NCBI GenBank assembly: GCA_002269645.1
Contig: NIVC01002823.1
Location: 62,001 to 126,000, forward strand
Direction: 5' to 3'
DNA from: Macrostomum lignano
Lineage: Eukaryota
Length of the DNA: 64,000 nucleotides
Shown: positions 28,101 through 40,222 of the stretch, in pieces
Layout: the number at the start of each line of letters is the position of its first letter
Numbering within the stretch: position 1 is the first letter of the stretch
Program-made: the position numbers and the translations under genes
The notes under the pieces: model-generated
The model's database searches: none
What the model was told of the DNA's origin: nothing
What the model saw: only the letters and a program-made list of their open reading frames with translations

Positions 28101-30754
28101 AATCCCACCACAGGTTCCAGTGAAAAGAAGAAACGAAACCCATTGACTAAATTGGCAGTCGACTCAATCGATGCCGACTGCAACTGACCTGTCAGCTTCG
28201 AACTCAGGAGAGCAGCTAATAGACTACGAGAGTAATGCTAGATGCCAGAATGCTTCACAGCATCAAAGTCTTAAGCAGAAGCTTCAATGAAAGGTTAGTT
28301 CATGCTGTGGCTGCATTCGTTTTCGTGTCTAGAAGCGTTATAACTTTTTGTACTTTTAACTCTCAGATCGGGTCTTAGCAGATTCTATAGCTATGCATGC
28401 AAGGGCCCCTCAGAAGAGATGCTTAAACACTGCAGTGCATTTTTCCTAGCAATTATTGGGACACGAAGTGTTGGGCCACTGTGTGTGTGTCTAGTTTTTT
28501 CCGCATTTGTTAAGTCACCTAAAGAACTCAATTAATAAAGGGCTCCAGAACAAATTGATGGGCAAACGGATGACACACTGCACAGAGACTTGTTGGGACA
28601 GATTAAAAACAGCTTATTTTAGAATGGGTACACTTTACTAAAGTAGAATGCTCCTACAGAAAGCTGCAAGCAAACTAGCATCTTCTGGAGCTGACATGCA
28701 GAGAAGAATGATTTTGTCGTCCTTGAAATCACTAAATCGATATGCGAAATCGATCTTTTGCTAATCCCACCACAGGTTCCAGTGAAAAGAAGAAACGAAA
28801 CCCATTGACTAAATTGGCAGTCGACTCAATCGATGCCGACTGCAACTGACCTGTCAGCTTCGAACTCAGGAGAGCAGCTAATAGACTACGAGAGTAATGC
28901 TAGATGCCAGAATGCTTCACAGCATCAAAGTCTTAAGCAGAAGCTTCAATGAAAGGTTAGTTCATGCTGTGGCTGCATTCGTTTTCGTGTCTAGAAGCGT
29001 TATAACTTTTTGTACTTTTAACTCTCAGATCGGGTCTTAGCAGATTCTATAGCTATGCATGCAAGGGCCCCTCAGAAGAGATGCTTAAACACTGCAGTGC
29101 ATTTTTCCTAGCAATTATTGGGACACGAAGTGTTGGGCCACTGTGTGTGTGTCTAGTTTTTTCCGCATTTGTTAAGTCACCTAAAGAACTCAATTAATAA
29201 AGGGCTCCAGAACAAATTGATGGGCAAACGGATGACACACTGCACAGAGACTTGTTGGGACAGATTAAAAACAGCTTATTTTAGAATGGGTACACTTTAC
29301 TAAAGTAGAATGCTCCTATAGAAAGCTGCAAGCAAACTAGCATCTTCTGGAGCTGACATGCAGAGAAGAATGATTTTGTCGTCCTTGAAATCACTAAATC
29401 GATATGCGAAATCGATCTTTTGCTAATCCCACCACAGGTTCCAGTGAAAAGAAGAAACGAAACCCATTGACTAAATTGGCAGTCGACTCAATCGATGCCG
29501 ACTGCAACTGACCTGTCAGCTTCGAACTCAGGAGAGCAGCTAATAGACTACGAGAGTAATGCTAGATGCCAGAATGCTTCACAGCATCAAAGTCTTAAGC
29601 AGAAGCTTCAATGAAAGGTTAGTTCATGCTGTGGCTGCATTCGTTTTCGTGTCTAGAAGCGTTATAACTTTTTGTACTTTTAACTCTCAGATCGGGTCTT
29701 AGCAGATTCTATAGCTATGCATGCAAGGGCCCCTCAGAAGAGATGCTTAAACACTGCAGTGCATTTTTCCTAGCAATTATTGGGACACGAAGTGTTGGGC
29801 CACTGTGTGTGTGTCTAGTTTTTTCCGCATTTGTTAAGTCACCTAAAGAACTCAATTAATAAAGGGCTCCAGAACAAATTGATGGGCAAACGGATGACAC
29901 ACTGCACAGAGACTTGTTGGGACAGATTAAAAACAGCTTATTTTAGAATGGGTACACTTTACTAAAGTAGAATGCTCCTATAGAAAGCTGCAAGCAAACT
30001 AGCATCTTCTGGAGCTGACATGCAGAGAAGAATGATTTCGTCGTCCTTGAAATCACTAAATCGATATGCGAAATCGATCTTTTGCTAATCCCACCACAGG
30101 TTCCAGTGAAAAGAAGAAACGAAACCCATTGACTAAATTGGCAGTCGACTCAATCGATGCCGACTGCAACTGACCTGTCAGCTTCGAACTCAGGAGAGCA
30201 GCTAATAGACTACGAGAGTAATGCTAGATGCCAGAGTGCTCTAAATAACGAGACTCCTGTTTTCTCACTCGACCGGAATTTGTTGTTTAATCTGCTTAAC
30301 TAATCTCTGCGTTTCAGTTTTTCAGTTTCACTGTCAATTTCAGGTTTTTTTCTAAGCGCAAGTGTAATTGAATTCTTTATTCATATTAGTCAGGCATATT
30401 GCGTACAGCATTATAGCGTATTAGTTAAGGTAAAGGTAAATAGACTGCTTGTAACTAGTTTTTCCTTCATGTGGATTGGCTTTAACGAAGCCTTTTGTAT
30501 TTCAAGTAATGCTGAATTCGCTGGACTGAGGACAATATAGTTACACGATGATATGCTATTCCTTCACTTTCAATAGATCATACTATTAGTATGGGACGTG
30601 CTTTTTTATTTCAATGTATGCTTTTTTTCATCATTTAAATGCTAAAAATACTTAATAGGTCATTGCACTGTGTGTATGTGTGTGTTTTCGTGTGTCAAAA
30701 AAAATTGCAAAATAAGTGCCCACCATTGTATACCGTACCAACAAGTGCCCGGTG
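25166..30754. mobile_element. Non-autonomous TIR DNA transposon, CMC (CACTA/EnSpm)-like, 5.6 kb
   Basis: Left end CACGGGGCATTTGTTGG vs reverse complement of right end CACCGGGCACTTGTTGG (15/17), with further similarity TACG..ATACAA.GG. CG immediately outside both ends. Many subterminal TGTT(G/A)GG(A/C)C motifs. No transposase ORF. Confidence 0.72.
26351..30234. repeat. 662-663-bp tandem array, about 5.9 nearly identical copies
   Basis: Marker cgggtcttag at 26381, 27043, 27706, 28369, 29031, 29693. Confidence 0.99.
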
Positions 30755-30757
30755 CGT

Positions 30758-30760
<3 letters not shown>

Positions 30761-30801
<41 letters not shown>
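30761..30801. repeat. (TG)n microsatellite, right flank of the DNA element
   Basis: Direct observation. Confidence 0.97.
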
Positions 30802-30803
<2 letters not shown>

Positions 30804-31395
30804 ATGAAGCAGCAAGTCCGTTTGCCCTTGTTTCCAATCACTCCCGCTCTCCCTCTCTCTCCTGATTTCCCCAGAAATGCGCGCCCCACCCCGATGCACC
30901 CAGAAGCGCCACCAAAGCGGAAAGTCCGTCTTTCAGTCATGCGGCGCCGCCGCCGCCGCCGCCGCCACCACCCATGAGGAGCTTCAGTCAGCGAGCCCGG
31001 AGCCCCAGCTGCAATTATACTAACTTACACAAACAGACGGCCCATCTCTCTCTCTCTCTCTCTCTCTACCTTTTTCTAAGGTTGACGCGCATTTTGGTAG
31101 CCTAAACTTGAAGGCAGTTTTAGCTAAACACCTCACCTCAAAACCCTGCTTCGGATTTGACCGTCTGGCAACAGACTGGTGGGCAGGGGCCAGTCTGCGG
31201 TGCTGATATTAATACTTGGCACAGTTCCGCGAACTTCAAGACTGACGGTTGCACTTTTTTCACCGTCAACAGCCTAAAGACCGGCGTTGACAGGGGTGGG
31301 CAGCAACTGAAACAAATGGCTAAGTGATTTATGAGGTCGCCGCGCCTAGAGGTCGATTGGCTGACTGTCTTTTAGTAAGGGTGAATCAGGAAAAG

Positions 31396-31699
31396 TGACA
31401 GAGATTGGGAGTGAATCGGGGAGGGTGACAGAGATTGGGAGTGAATCGGGGAGAGTGACAGAGATTGGGAGTGAATCAGAGAGAGTGACAGAGATTGGAG
31501 TGAATCGGGGAGAGTGACAGAAATTGGGAGTGAATCAAGGAGAGTGACAGAGATTGGGAGTGAATCGGGGAGAGTGACAGAGATTGGGAGTGAATCGGGG
31601 AGAGTGACAGAGATTGGGAGTGAATCGGGGAGAGTTACAGAGATTGGGAGTGAATCGCGGAGAGTGACAGAGATTGGGAGTGAATCAGGGAGAGTGACA
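31396..31699. repeat. 30-bp minisatellite, about 10 copies
   Basis: Unit gtgacagagattgggagtgaatcggggaga. Confidence 0.96.
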
Positions 31700-33225
31700 A
31701 TTAATTAGAATGAATACCAAGGAGCGGCAAAGGCGTTTTGTATTTGAAAGCAAAAAAGTTAAGGAGGAGTGAAGTCACAGCGAAATCCATTTCAGCAAGC
31801 AGTTGCACCCATAATTTTCACTTTCTGTCCCCTCCTGCCGGGTGCAATCCATTATTTTCACGTTTGAAAATAGGAACGGCACGGGGCTTGGCAGTTCGAA
31901 GCAAGGAAGACGGAAACACAGCGCCGCGTGTCTAAACTGGGGGGGGGGAGCGGAGTGTTTCACTTAATGGGAATTCCGCTGCCATACAATTGAGGTCATT
32001 AACCATGACGGAAGCTCTAGCTTGAAAAATGCACTTGCATATTGGTACACGCTAACTAAATAGCCATTATACTCCACCCAACTCCCACCCACACCCAGCC
32101 TGAACCCATCCCAATATCCACCCACTCAAACCCACACCCAAACCCAAACCCCCACACCCAAACCCCAGCCCAATACCTAACCCAACTACTCCAAAGCAGC
32201 TGGCAGACGAGAGTGCAAAAGGCAGAATGATGCAGTGTTGTCAGGCTCAGCATGATTGCAGGAACATGGGAACTGGGATTGCGGTGGAAAACGTGATAGT
32301 TAACAGCCACCAGGATTTGGCAAGCTGCCCCAGCCTCCCCGAATCAGCCGGCCGGCTCTGCCTCATCACCGATTCCCGGCCATCTTCGGCCTTCAAGCCT
32401 GACCTCCCGCGGCTCCGCCACCAGCCCCCATTTCAAAGATCGAGGCATCGGTTTCCCCGAGAAAGCATATATTTTTACGGATTGGGGGATGCGGGTTATC
32501 CTGAGTTTTTTGAAGGATCCGAAATCAGCCTGGCCAGCCTGAAGAATGCAATTTTCCCAAAGCCAAAGATGCAGAACGGAGTGCAGCTGGGAGGGAAGAA
32601 TTCGCCCCAGATGGGGAGGGGGATTGGAAAATTTCTACTGCAGAGGGCGGCAGTGAAAGGCCATCATCATGAGCCGTCAGGGCATTGCGGGAGCGATGGA
32701 CTGGACTTGAATTTTTGCAGCATTCAGCCGATTACTTCGTCGGTAAGGTTGGATCGCACAGTTTAAGATTAAAAGTACATTTTGTTTTGCTCAGATTTGG
32801 TCTTTTCAATTACTAAATTTTAACGTAGATAAATTCAGCGGAATGAATTGCTGCAGGTGCAAAATCTATGAAGCTAAAAAAGGCCTGAGCAACGGAACCC
32901 TGTCCGGTTGGAAGTCGGACAGCTTCGAACCCAAAATGTCAAGTGCGGCCATTGCGCACCAACTATTACTATGGTGCTATATAATGAATACTAAATACTT
33001 AGCTGTAGTAAACAACAAATGCAGCACATCTTTTGGCAGCTTGCCAAACTCCCGTACAGCTAAAAGGTAACACAGCACAACCGGTGCGTGGGACAACTTT
33101 CCTGCGATCCAATAAATTCGGTCACGGAGGGCCCCAGCGAACTGCTGCCCGGGTTCAACCCAGGCTGCCGCCGTGACTCTATGGCCACACGTTGGACCAT
33201 CAGGAAAATTGGGGTAAATCCGGTA

Positions 33226-33335
33226 AGTCCTGAGACTCCGATGCAGTCCTGAGACTCTCCGATGTAGTCTTGAGACTCTCCGATGTAGTCCTGAGACTCT
33301 CCGACGCAGTTCTGAGACAGTCCTGAGACTCCCCC
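33226..33335. repeat. Short dispersed copy of the 21.2-23.0 kb modular minisatellite
   Basis: gtcctgagactccgatgca gtcctgagactctccgatgta ... gtcctgagactcc. Confidence 0.92.
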
Positions 33336-35553
33336 GATGGAGCTTCTCCTTGATCTATAATTCCCCTGCACATCACTTCCTTTTTCGACCTTCAAATGTA
33401 CCTGAACTCGTATGTTACTATGATAGCTTCTAGCGGTACTCGTACACAAGACGCGCATTTCGAACAGAAAGTTCCTCAGCTGATAAAGTAAACAAATGAA
33501 TTGCAGATAATTTGATAATTATCAAGCGATTTATCCCAAATCAAACCTCCCCCCCCAGATGCCATCCGGCATAGACTGTATGAGAATCGAATTTCCACCT
33601 GCCGCCGTGCAAAGAGTGATTAATGACTGATTGGCCGGCCTCTTATCTGTTGCGCATCATCTGCGACTGCCCTGCTTGTACGAAAGCCAGCTTTCTGCTT
33701 GGCGTTGGTTGCCTCAGTTTCTTCCCACGGGCCTCTGAATTCCCCCCCCCCCGCTCCGAAAGCTCTCTTACGAGCGTAGTAGACTATTTTAAAGTTTCAA
33801 AGGACCCGAGGTTCGGATTGAGAGGCTTCGCGGGCCGGAGTTTGCCGACCCCTGATCTAGGAAAACTTTTAGATCAATTTAGGACAAATCTGCGGTTTAG
33901 ACAGAATTTCTATTGACCCTTCTGTGGGCGCATCATGGGGGCGCCATCGTGAGGGCGCCAGCATCAAGGGCGCTACAGCTGCTTCAAAAGGGGGCACCTA
34001 ATAGCAGGGGGTGGGGACGCCATAGTTCTCCAGCCGCTGGAAAAAGCGCATATCAGATACTTACTCTGGCTATTTAAAATTCGGAGGTTCGCAATTTATT
34101 TTGCAGCGAAAACCACCCGGCCTGTAACAGCTTGCGCCCTCCTATACTTAAGCTGTCCATAGGAAATGCAGGTAACGCCGCTTGTGAACTGGCTATACAA
34201 AAGGTGCATGCAAATCAGGGGACAGATAAGATTTTTTGCCTAACAACGCCGGGACAGTCAGTGCAGTTCCAGAAGATCCCCCATGACGCATCCCCGTGCA
34301 TTTTCTTTCATGATCACAAGCGCCGCGGGGTCTCCACATAAACGAATATAGATAGATCTCCTAACATCCCAGTCTGTTCCAAGTCGCACTGCAATCACCT
34401 GCCGGGGGGAGAGTCCGGGTGAGAGTGGAAGATAGGGGAAAATTGGAAGTGGCGGCCTGGTGCAGGCATGCATTATCCTCGGTCATTAACATCGCACTGA
34501 CGGCACCGAAGATCCAACAGGCTGCGCCATCTCATCTCCTTGAATGAGGTCCTACAGCAGGTTGCAAGTGTGCGACATTTCGGTCGCCTAGGGCAAGGAT
34601 TTGCAAATGTGAAAAGGACAAAGAGCATTGGATCGGACAGCCATTGGTAAATACCGTTTTATCAGCGCATTAATCAAGTCACGGATATGGCTTCATCATT
34701 TTATCGTTTTTACCGAAAGTTTTCTCGTCTAAAATTTGTGTTTCTTCAATTAAGTACAGTATAATAGTAGCCCTTCGCTGGAATTGGCTTGGTTATAGTG
34801 GTATTGTAAACAACCGAAGCCGCAGTACACCCTGAGTGAGTGCGTACGCATCCGTGTACAGCGAAATGACCATGACAGACCACGCAGGCTGCAGGCGGAC
34901 TGTCGCCGTGATGTGGGGCTCGTGTCCAAAGCTACGGTGATAACGGTGATGCACCCTCTAGTTTAAGTCTCCATTGTTTATTCCGTGCGATTCTGACTAC
35001 TGCAAGTAGGTCAGTGTAAACAAGTGTATGGCACTTGCACTTGACGTCTTAAGTTGCAGTCTTGCAGTTGACGTCTTAGACTGGCTCCGCCAACAAAGTA
35101 GAATAATAAGGCTAATAAGTCTGACACCATATAACACTTTATAGGTTCCAGAAAAAGGGCACAATGCATTAATAAGCGCAGCCTGTCGAGACACAAAAAT
35201 GTGCCAGAAAAAGCGTTCTCTGTAATTGCAACAATCATCTTTTGAAAGTAGAAAATTGTGGAAAAACTTCAACAAGAAAAAAAGATCTGGTTTAAACTAA
35301 TGCAAGACTATTAATATTGCCACTGCTATATTAAACAGTTAAAAAAAATGCGCAAAACAGCGCTTGGACCTGTAGCAGGAAGAGAACTGGGGGTTGAAAA
35401 AATCCAGTTGAAGATAACAAATGCGGAATTGATAAATAGATTCCGAACAAAACGAAGCATACAGTTCGCGGCAATTCAAACAGATGTTGTGTCAACGTGC
35501 GGCTCACTCAGCTTCAGTTTGCAAGATAAGACAACAACAATCAGCCCAACGGA

Positions 35554-36981
35554 TCAATAGTAGCGACCCTGCTTGGCGGCAGCGGCAGAGTTGGGCGGCT
35601 CCGGACTGCGGCTTCGCTTGCTGGCAGCGGCGACGACAGCGGCACGGGGCGGCGGGTTCATTGGCTTGCGGAACACGTCCTGGATGCCGCCACTGCTGCT
35701 GCTGCCGCCGCCGCCGGCGCCTCCGCCGCCGCGGCCGTGTGGAGGCTGCATCAGCGGCTGAGGCGATGGCGAGCGCGAGCTGACCGACTGGCGAAGGTAA
35801 TCAGCGGTTGGCGAGCCCAGCTGCCACAGATAGTCTGACCGCGCCGGCGACGGCGGCCGAAGCGGCGGCGGTGGTGGCGGCGATAGGCGCCGTTTCTGCT
35901 GCTTTCTCAGCCGGCGCAGCATGAGGAACTCCTCCAGCCGGCGGGCGTCCTCGTCGGTGATGTCGTCCTCGCTGGCCGGGTCCTCGCCGATGCCATCATT
36001 ATCTTCGTCGCTGTAGGCCTCGTAGCGAGTCTCAAATTCGTGGCGATTGCGCGGGCGGCGCGACGAGTCGCACAAGCTGACGGAGCCCGACGGCAGCCGG
36101 CGGTCGTGCTGGCGCTCGTAGTCGCGGCCAGAGCTCGAAGGATAGCCGGGTCCGCTGTCGCCAACAGCTCGGCGGTGGCGATGGCTGCGGCGGCGTTGGC
36201 CAGAGCCGCTGCTGTCCCAACGCGAATTTCTGGCCTCGGCTGCTGGCACCGGAGGCATCAAAGTGATGGCGCTGGCGCCGCTAGACTCGGCTCGGCCGGT
36301 CCGATAGTCGCTACGGCGCTTGAACACCCGATCCAGGTGGTGCGCGTTGGCCGATTTAAACAAATTATACGAATGGCCAGGCGAAACCAGGTGACCAGCG
36401 CCGGCCGTGCTGACTGGCCGCCTAGAGCTGGCGCGGCGCTGCTCATCCGGCGGCGAGTGAGTCGAATAGCGACGCAGCGAATTGGCGGACCGGTGCGGCG
36501 CCCGGCCGCTTCTGCCGCTGTGCGGGTCGAATGCAAACTGCTCAGGCGGACTGAGCGGACTCTCCTGGCGGAGCTTGTCCAGGTACACAATCGAGCTGGT
36601 AGGACTCGAGCCAAGCGAGTCTGGCGCGTCTGGCAGGTCCCGATACTGGCTGAGCTGGGAATCCCGCTTGAGCGCGACCATCGAGTTGGCGCTGCCGCCG
36701 CCTGCCTGCGCTGCCGAGGCTGCCATCTTGGCCTCATCATTATATGGCGGCAGTGAATGTTTGCCCATCCAGCGGCGCATGTCCCGCAGGAACACGTCCA
36801 GATCGCCGCCGTGCGATGGGGCCAAGGGCCTGTAAGAAGAGGCCGACCGCCTCACCAGCTGCTGCTGCCTGTCGCTGCCTTGGGCATCGAAGGCGAGGTC
36901 AGCCAGGGAAGCGCGGTGACGCAGAGTCCTGTCCTCATCGCTCAAATGCTGAGGAGCTGGCAATTTGCTTGAGCTTGACAT
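35554..36981 (-). CDS. Uncharacterised 475-aa S/P/R-rich, probably disordered protein; single coding exon
   Basis: Long non-repetitive GC-rich ORF against an AT-rich upstream flank; aaaATG context; acidic patch followed by basic helix (DEDARRLEEFLMLRRLRKQQKRR). No domain recognised. Confidence 0.75.
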   Translation of the reverse strand: MSSSSKLPAPQHLSDEDRTLRHRASLADLAFDAQGSDRQQQLVRRSASSYRPLAPSHGGDLDVFLRDMRRWMGKHSLPPYNDEAKMAASAAQAGGGSANSMVALKRDSQLSQYRDLPDAPDSLGSSPTSSIVYLDKLRQESPLSPPEQFAFDPHSGRSGRAPHRSANSLRRYSTHSPPDEQRRASSRRPVSTAGAGHLVSPGHSYNLFKSANAHHLDRVFKRRSDYRTGRAESSGASAITLMPPVPAAEARNSRWDSSGSGQRRRSHRHRRAVGDSGPGYPSSSGRDYERQHDRRLPSGSVSLCDSSRRPRNRHEFETRYEAYSDEDNDGIGEDPASEDDITDEDARRLEEFLMLRRLRKQQKRRLSPPPPPPLRPPSPARSDYLWQLGSPTADYLRQSVSSRSPSPQPLMQPPHGRGGGGAGGGGSSSSGGIQDVFRKPMNPPPRAAVVAAASKRSRSPEPPNSAAAAKQGRYY

Positions 36982-38923
36982 TTTAGTCTTTTATTGTCTT
37001 CAAAGCTGCTTGACTTGGCTTTGTTGCTTATTTTCTATCAGAACTTACTGAAAATTAAATAGAAGGCTTCTTACTCATCATGATTATAGCAAAAAATAAC
37101 TAAACTTCACTTTTGTTTCTTTGCTATAAGAATAAATAAAGAAATAAAACTAAAACAATACAAAAATTAATTTAAATAAATATGTAACCAAGAATTACTC
37201 AATACTTGTATGATTAATTAAAGAAAAACAAGCAAAAAATTCTAGCCTTCAGCACTATTTATTTTAGAAGTCAATTTCAACTAAAAACACTGAAATTCAA
37301 ATAAACCAGTTTCAAATATTTTGAATTTAGATCAAATAATTTTCTTATACCAGTATATATACCAACAGTTTTGCATATATTAAAACTATCTACTGAAAAT
37401 CAAACTAAATTAAATTTTTAATATTGAATTTTTGTTTAATGACCAATGGCAATAAATCCACCATAGAGCATAGATATTCTTAATTTACAATCATAAGCAT
37501 AACCTTTTATTATTGAATGCTTTGGAATTAGTATTATTTAGCTAGGCACTACAAGTAGAACTAAGTAATAAAAAGAAAATCAATGACAATTGATACATTC
37601 ATAACTTTATTCCATTCTTTGTTGTTTATTCTGTCATTTAAAATAGCATATAACAAGGGTATAAGTGCATTTCAAAAAGTGTTAGGTCGATTAGGATTGA
37701 TGGAATGTAGGTCCCTATTAAAAGCAAGAATTAGATTTTCAGATATTTATTACACTATAGTAAAGATAGGCACAATAATCCTTGTCTTCGAAAAATTAAT
37801 CCCATTGCCCTCTTATTTTATATTCTCACCACACATATACTATAGATTGTTGCAAAAATATTTTAAAAGTAGAATAAAAATTAGAACTATTAAAAATTGA
37901 TAACCCTAGTGATTACAAAATACACATAAGTAATACAGCACATATTTACTATTAGTTTAAAACTATGCCATGAATTGGTAGAATAACTAATAATTCAACT
38001 AGAAATGCGATAAATCAACTATATCGTTTATACTTAATTTTAAGGTACAATTTTTCAAGTGGAAGGCATAACATTGTAATGATAAAAAAATACAGAACCC
38101 AACAAGAATCTATATATACCGAATACTGAACACTTATGTTTTCGGGTACTGTCGGGGAAATGGAAGATTTATAGAACTCGCTGTGCCACAGTAGAGTGTA
38201 GGATTAACTTGTTACAGCGATAATTGTCATGATATATACGAGTTAATAATCAGTTTTCACATAAAACAATATAAATCATCAGCAAGACGCTGACGCTATA
38301 CGCTTTTGAATTTCATACGACAATATACCAAGCACATCCATAAAGCATATCTATCAAGTATTCATTAAAAACTAGATAAACTTGTAAGAATCGAATCGAA
38401 TCGTGCGGTCGTGGCACCGCGAGCACATTTTTTTTATTTTCGTGCCTCCTAAACTGTACAGAATTTTTAGCATGTTTGTTTGGTGCATTGAATAAAGAAC
38501 CTACAGGAAGTAAATTTTGTTTCTTTATTAAAATCTGTAAAAGTTTTATTACATCGACAGATTGTTGTATTTTTGCATCATTTGTTTTTTCTCGGCATTT
38601 TATTTGCATTAGATCGCACAGAAATAAAAGTGTAGGAAGCGATCAGTTTCGCAGAAAAAGGGTTACCATCGCTTAACACATCGTAGACGTATATTGACAA
38701 GCAACGTCAGTGAACACGAACGAGATGCACCTTACATCCAACAGTATATCGAGGAATTGGAATCAGATTAGATCTTAGTTTTATAGTTGATCTACCCCAG
38801 CTAGGTACTATTACCTATGTACCATGTCCATGTCCATAGGATATTGTCCCAATAGTTAAAGTTTCAGCAAAATTTTACCTTACAAGTTCCATAAAATTAT
38901 CTTTTTATATTTTACTTCAAAAC

Positions 38924-39004
38924 ATGGCTTATTATTGCGACTCACCCACATGTGCATCATGCTGTTTGAAGACGGTTTCAGTTACAGTGACAATGATTTT
39001 GATG
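38924..39004 (+). CDS. NKAIN: NKAIN family protein, exon 1
   Basis: MAYYCDSPTCASCCLKTVSVTVTMILM, Cys-rich then hydrophobic like the NKAIN N-terminus. Strong donor ATG|gtaagt, phase 0, compatible with the 40223 acceptor. Confidence 0.72.
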
Positions 39005-40222
39005 GTAAGTGTTTTATATCTTATCAAAAATATTTTTTGTTATCTAGTTAAGGGTCAAAGACAAGATTTTTTAGTTAAATCAATTAAAAATATGCTAAGG
39101 AGAAAAAATGGCACTTGCATTTAATTTAACATTTTAATGTATACATTTAAGTCAGTTGATAGATAATACTTAGATGTTGTATATTGTATATTGATATCTA
39201 TATGGCTATATCTATCTATATTCATATTGCCATTATATTTTACTTAAAAGTTATAAATAGATACTAAGAATAAATTGAAGTAATAAGAATCCCAACCAAC
39301 CTTCCATTTTTTGTAGAAAAGGCAAGCCAAGACATTAGTGTTACATTATTTATTTATTAAACTAGTAACAATAGCATATTTGAATAATTATACTAATTCA
39401 TTGTGCTAATATATATTTTAATGGTTATAATTGCTTTATACAGTATGGATATATTGACATTTGTAAAAGAGCTATTATCTCCTTCTTTTTCCCTCCTCAT
39501 TTTGTAATAAGGTTAAGACTAGCTTTGGCAAAGTTAAATGTTTTTTATTTTTAAACTGCTTCCCAGTGTTTATCTAATTTATATTGCAATGGTACTAGAA
39601 AAGAATAGATTAAAACCTAGATAAAAAGAGAAAGTTGCTTAGTTTTCATATTGAATTTGCTATATTTTTGGTAGACTAGACATTAGAGCAAAATCTGGAT
39701 AATTCAATAGATATAAAAAAATAAGGCATTTTTATAATTTTCTGGTTTTAGTCTAGATATTGGTCTTGATTCTTGATAACCCAATTGACAAAATAGTTCA
39801 AAAACTAGCTCTTTATATAAGAATACCTCCAAAACTAGATGACTGAAATGAAAGTTGGGTGAAATCCAGACCTAAATAGGATAGAAAAAGCAAAAAAAAA
39901 ATAAATTCTTTAAGGATATTGTCTGTAGTCTCTAACTTAAGTAATTGTAAACTATACAAATATAGTTCTCTAGAAAGTATTTGTTTTAGCAAAGGTTACA
40001 TTTGATCAATATTTTCCAACAAAAAATCACCTATTATATCTTTTAACTAATTTAGAAAGATCTGAAAAGCTGATTAAAAATTCTTTATGACGACTAAAAT
40101 AAAATTATTCTTTGTTTAACTATTTAAATATAATAATGACAATTAAACAGTAAGAAAAGTTTTGGAACTTTACTTGGACAATTTACTCTGTCATTGACAA
40201 AATCTACTTTTCTTCCACCCAG

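Noticed and set aside
26351-30234. Possible CRISPR array, rDNA/5S/snRNA cluster or ribozyme satellite
   Set aside because: Units are identical end to end with no unique spacers. I saw no 5S, snRNA, Sm-site or hammerhead (CTGATGA...GAAA) signature.
35573-36986. Multiple overlapping antisense and alternate-frame ORFs (also at 40.3-42.0, 49.4-50.5 and 52.4-54.6 kb)
   Set aside because: Expected shadows of GC-rich coding sequence.
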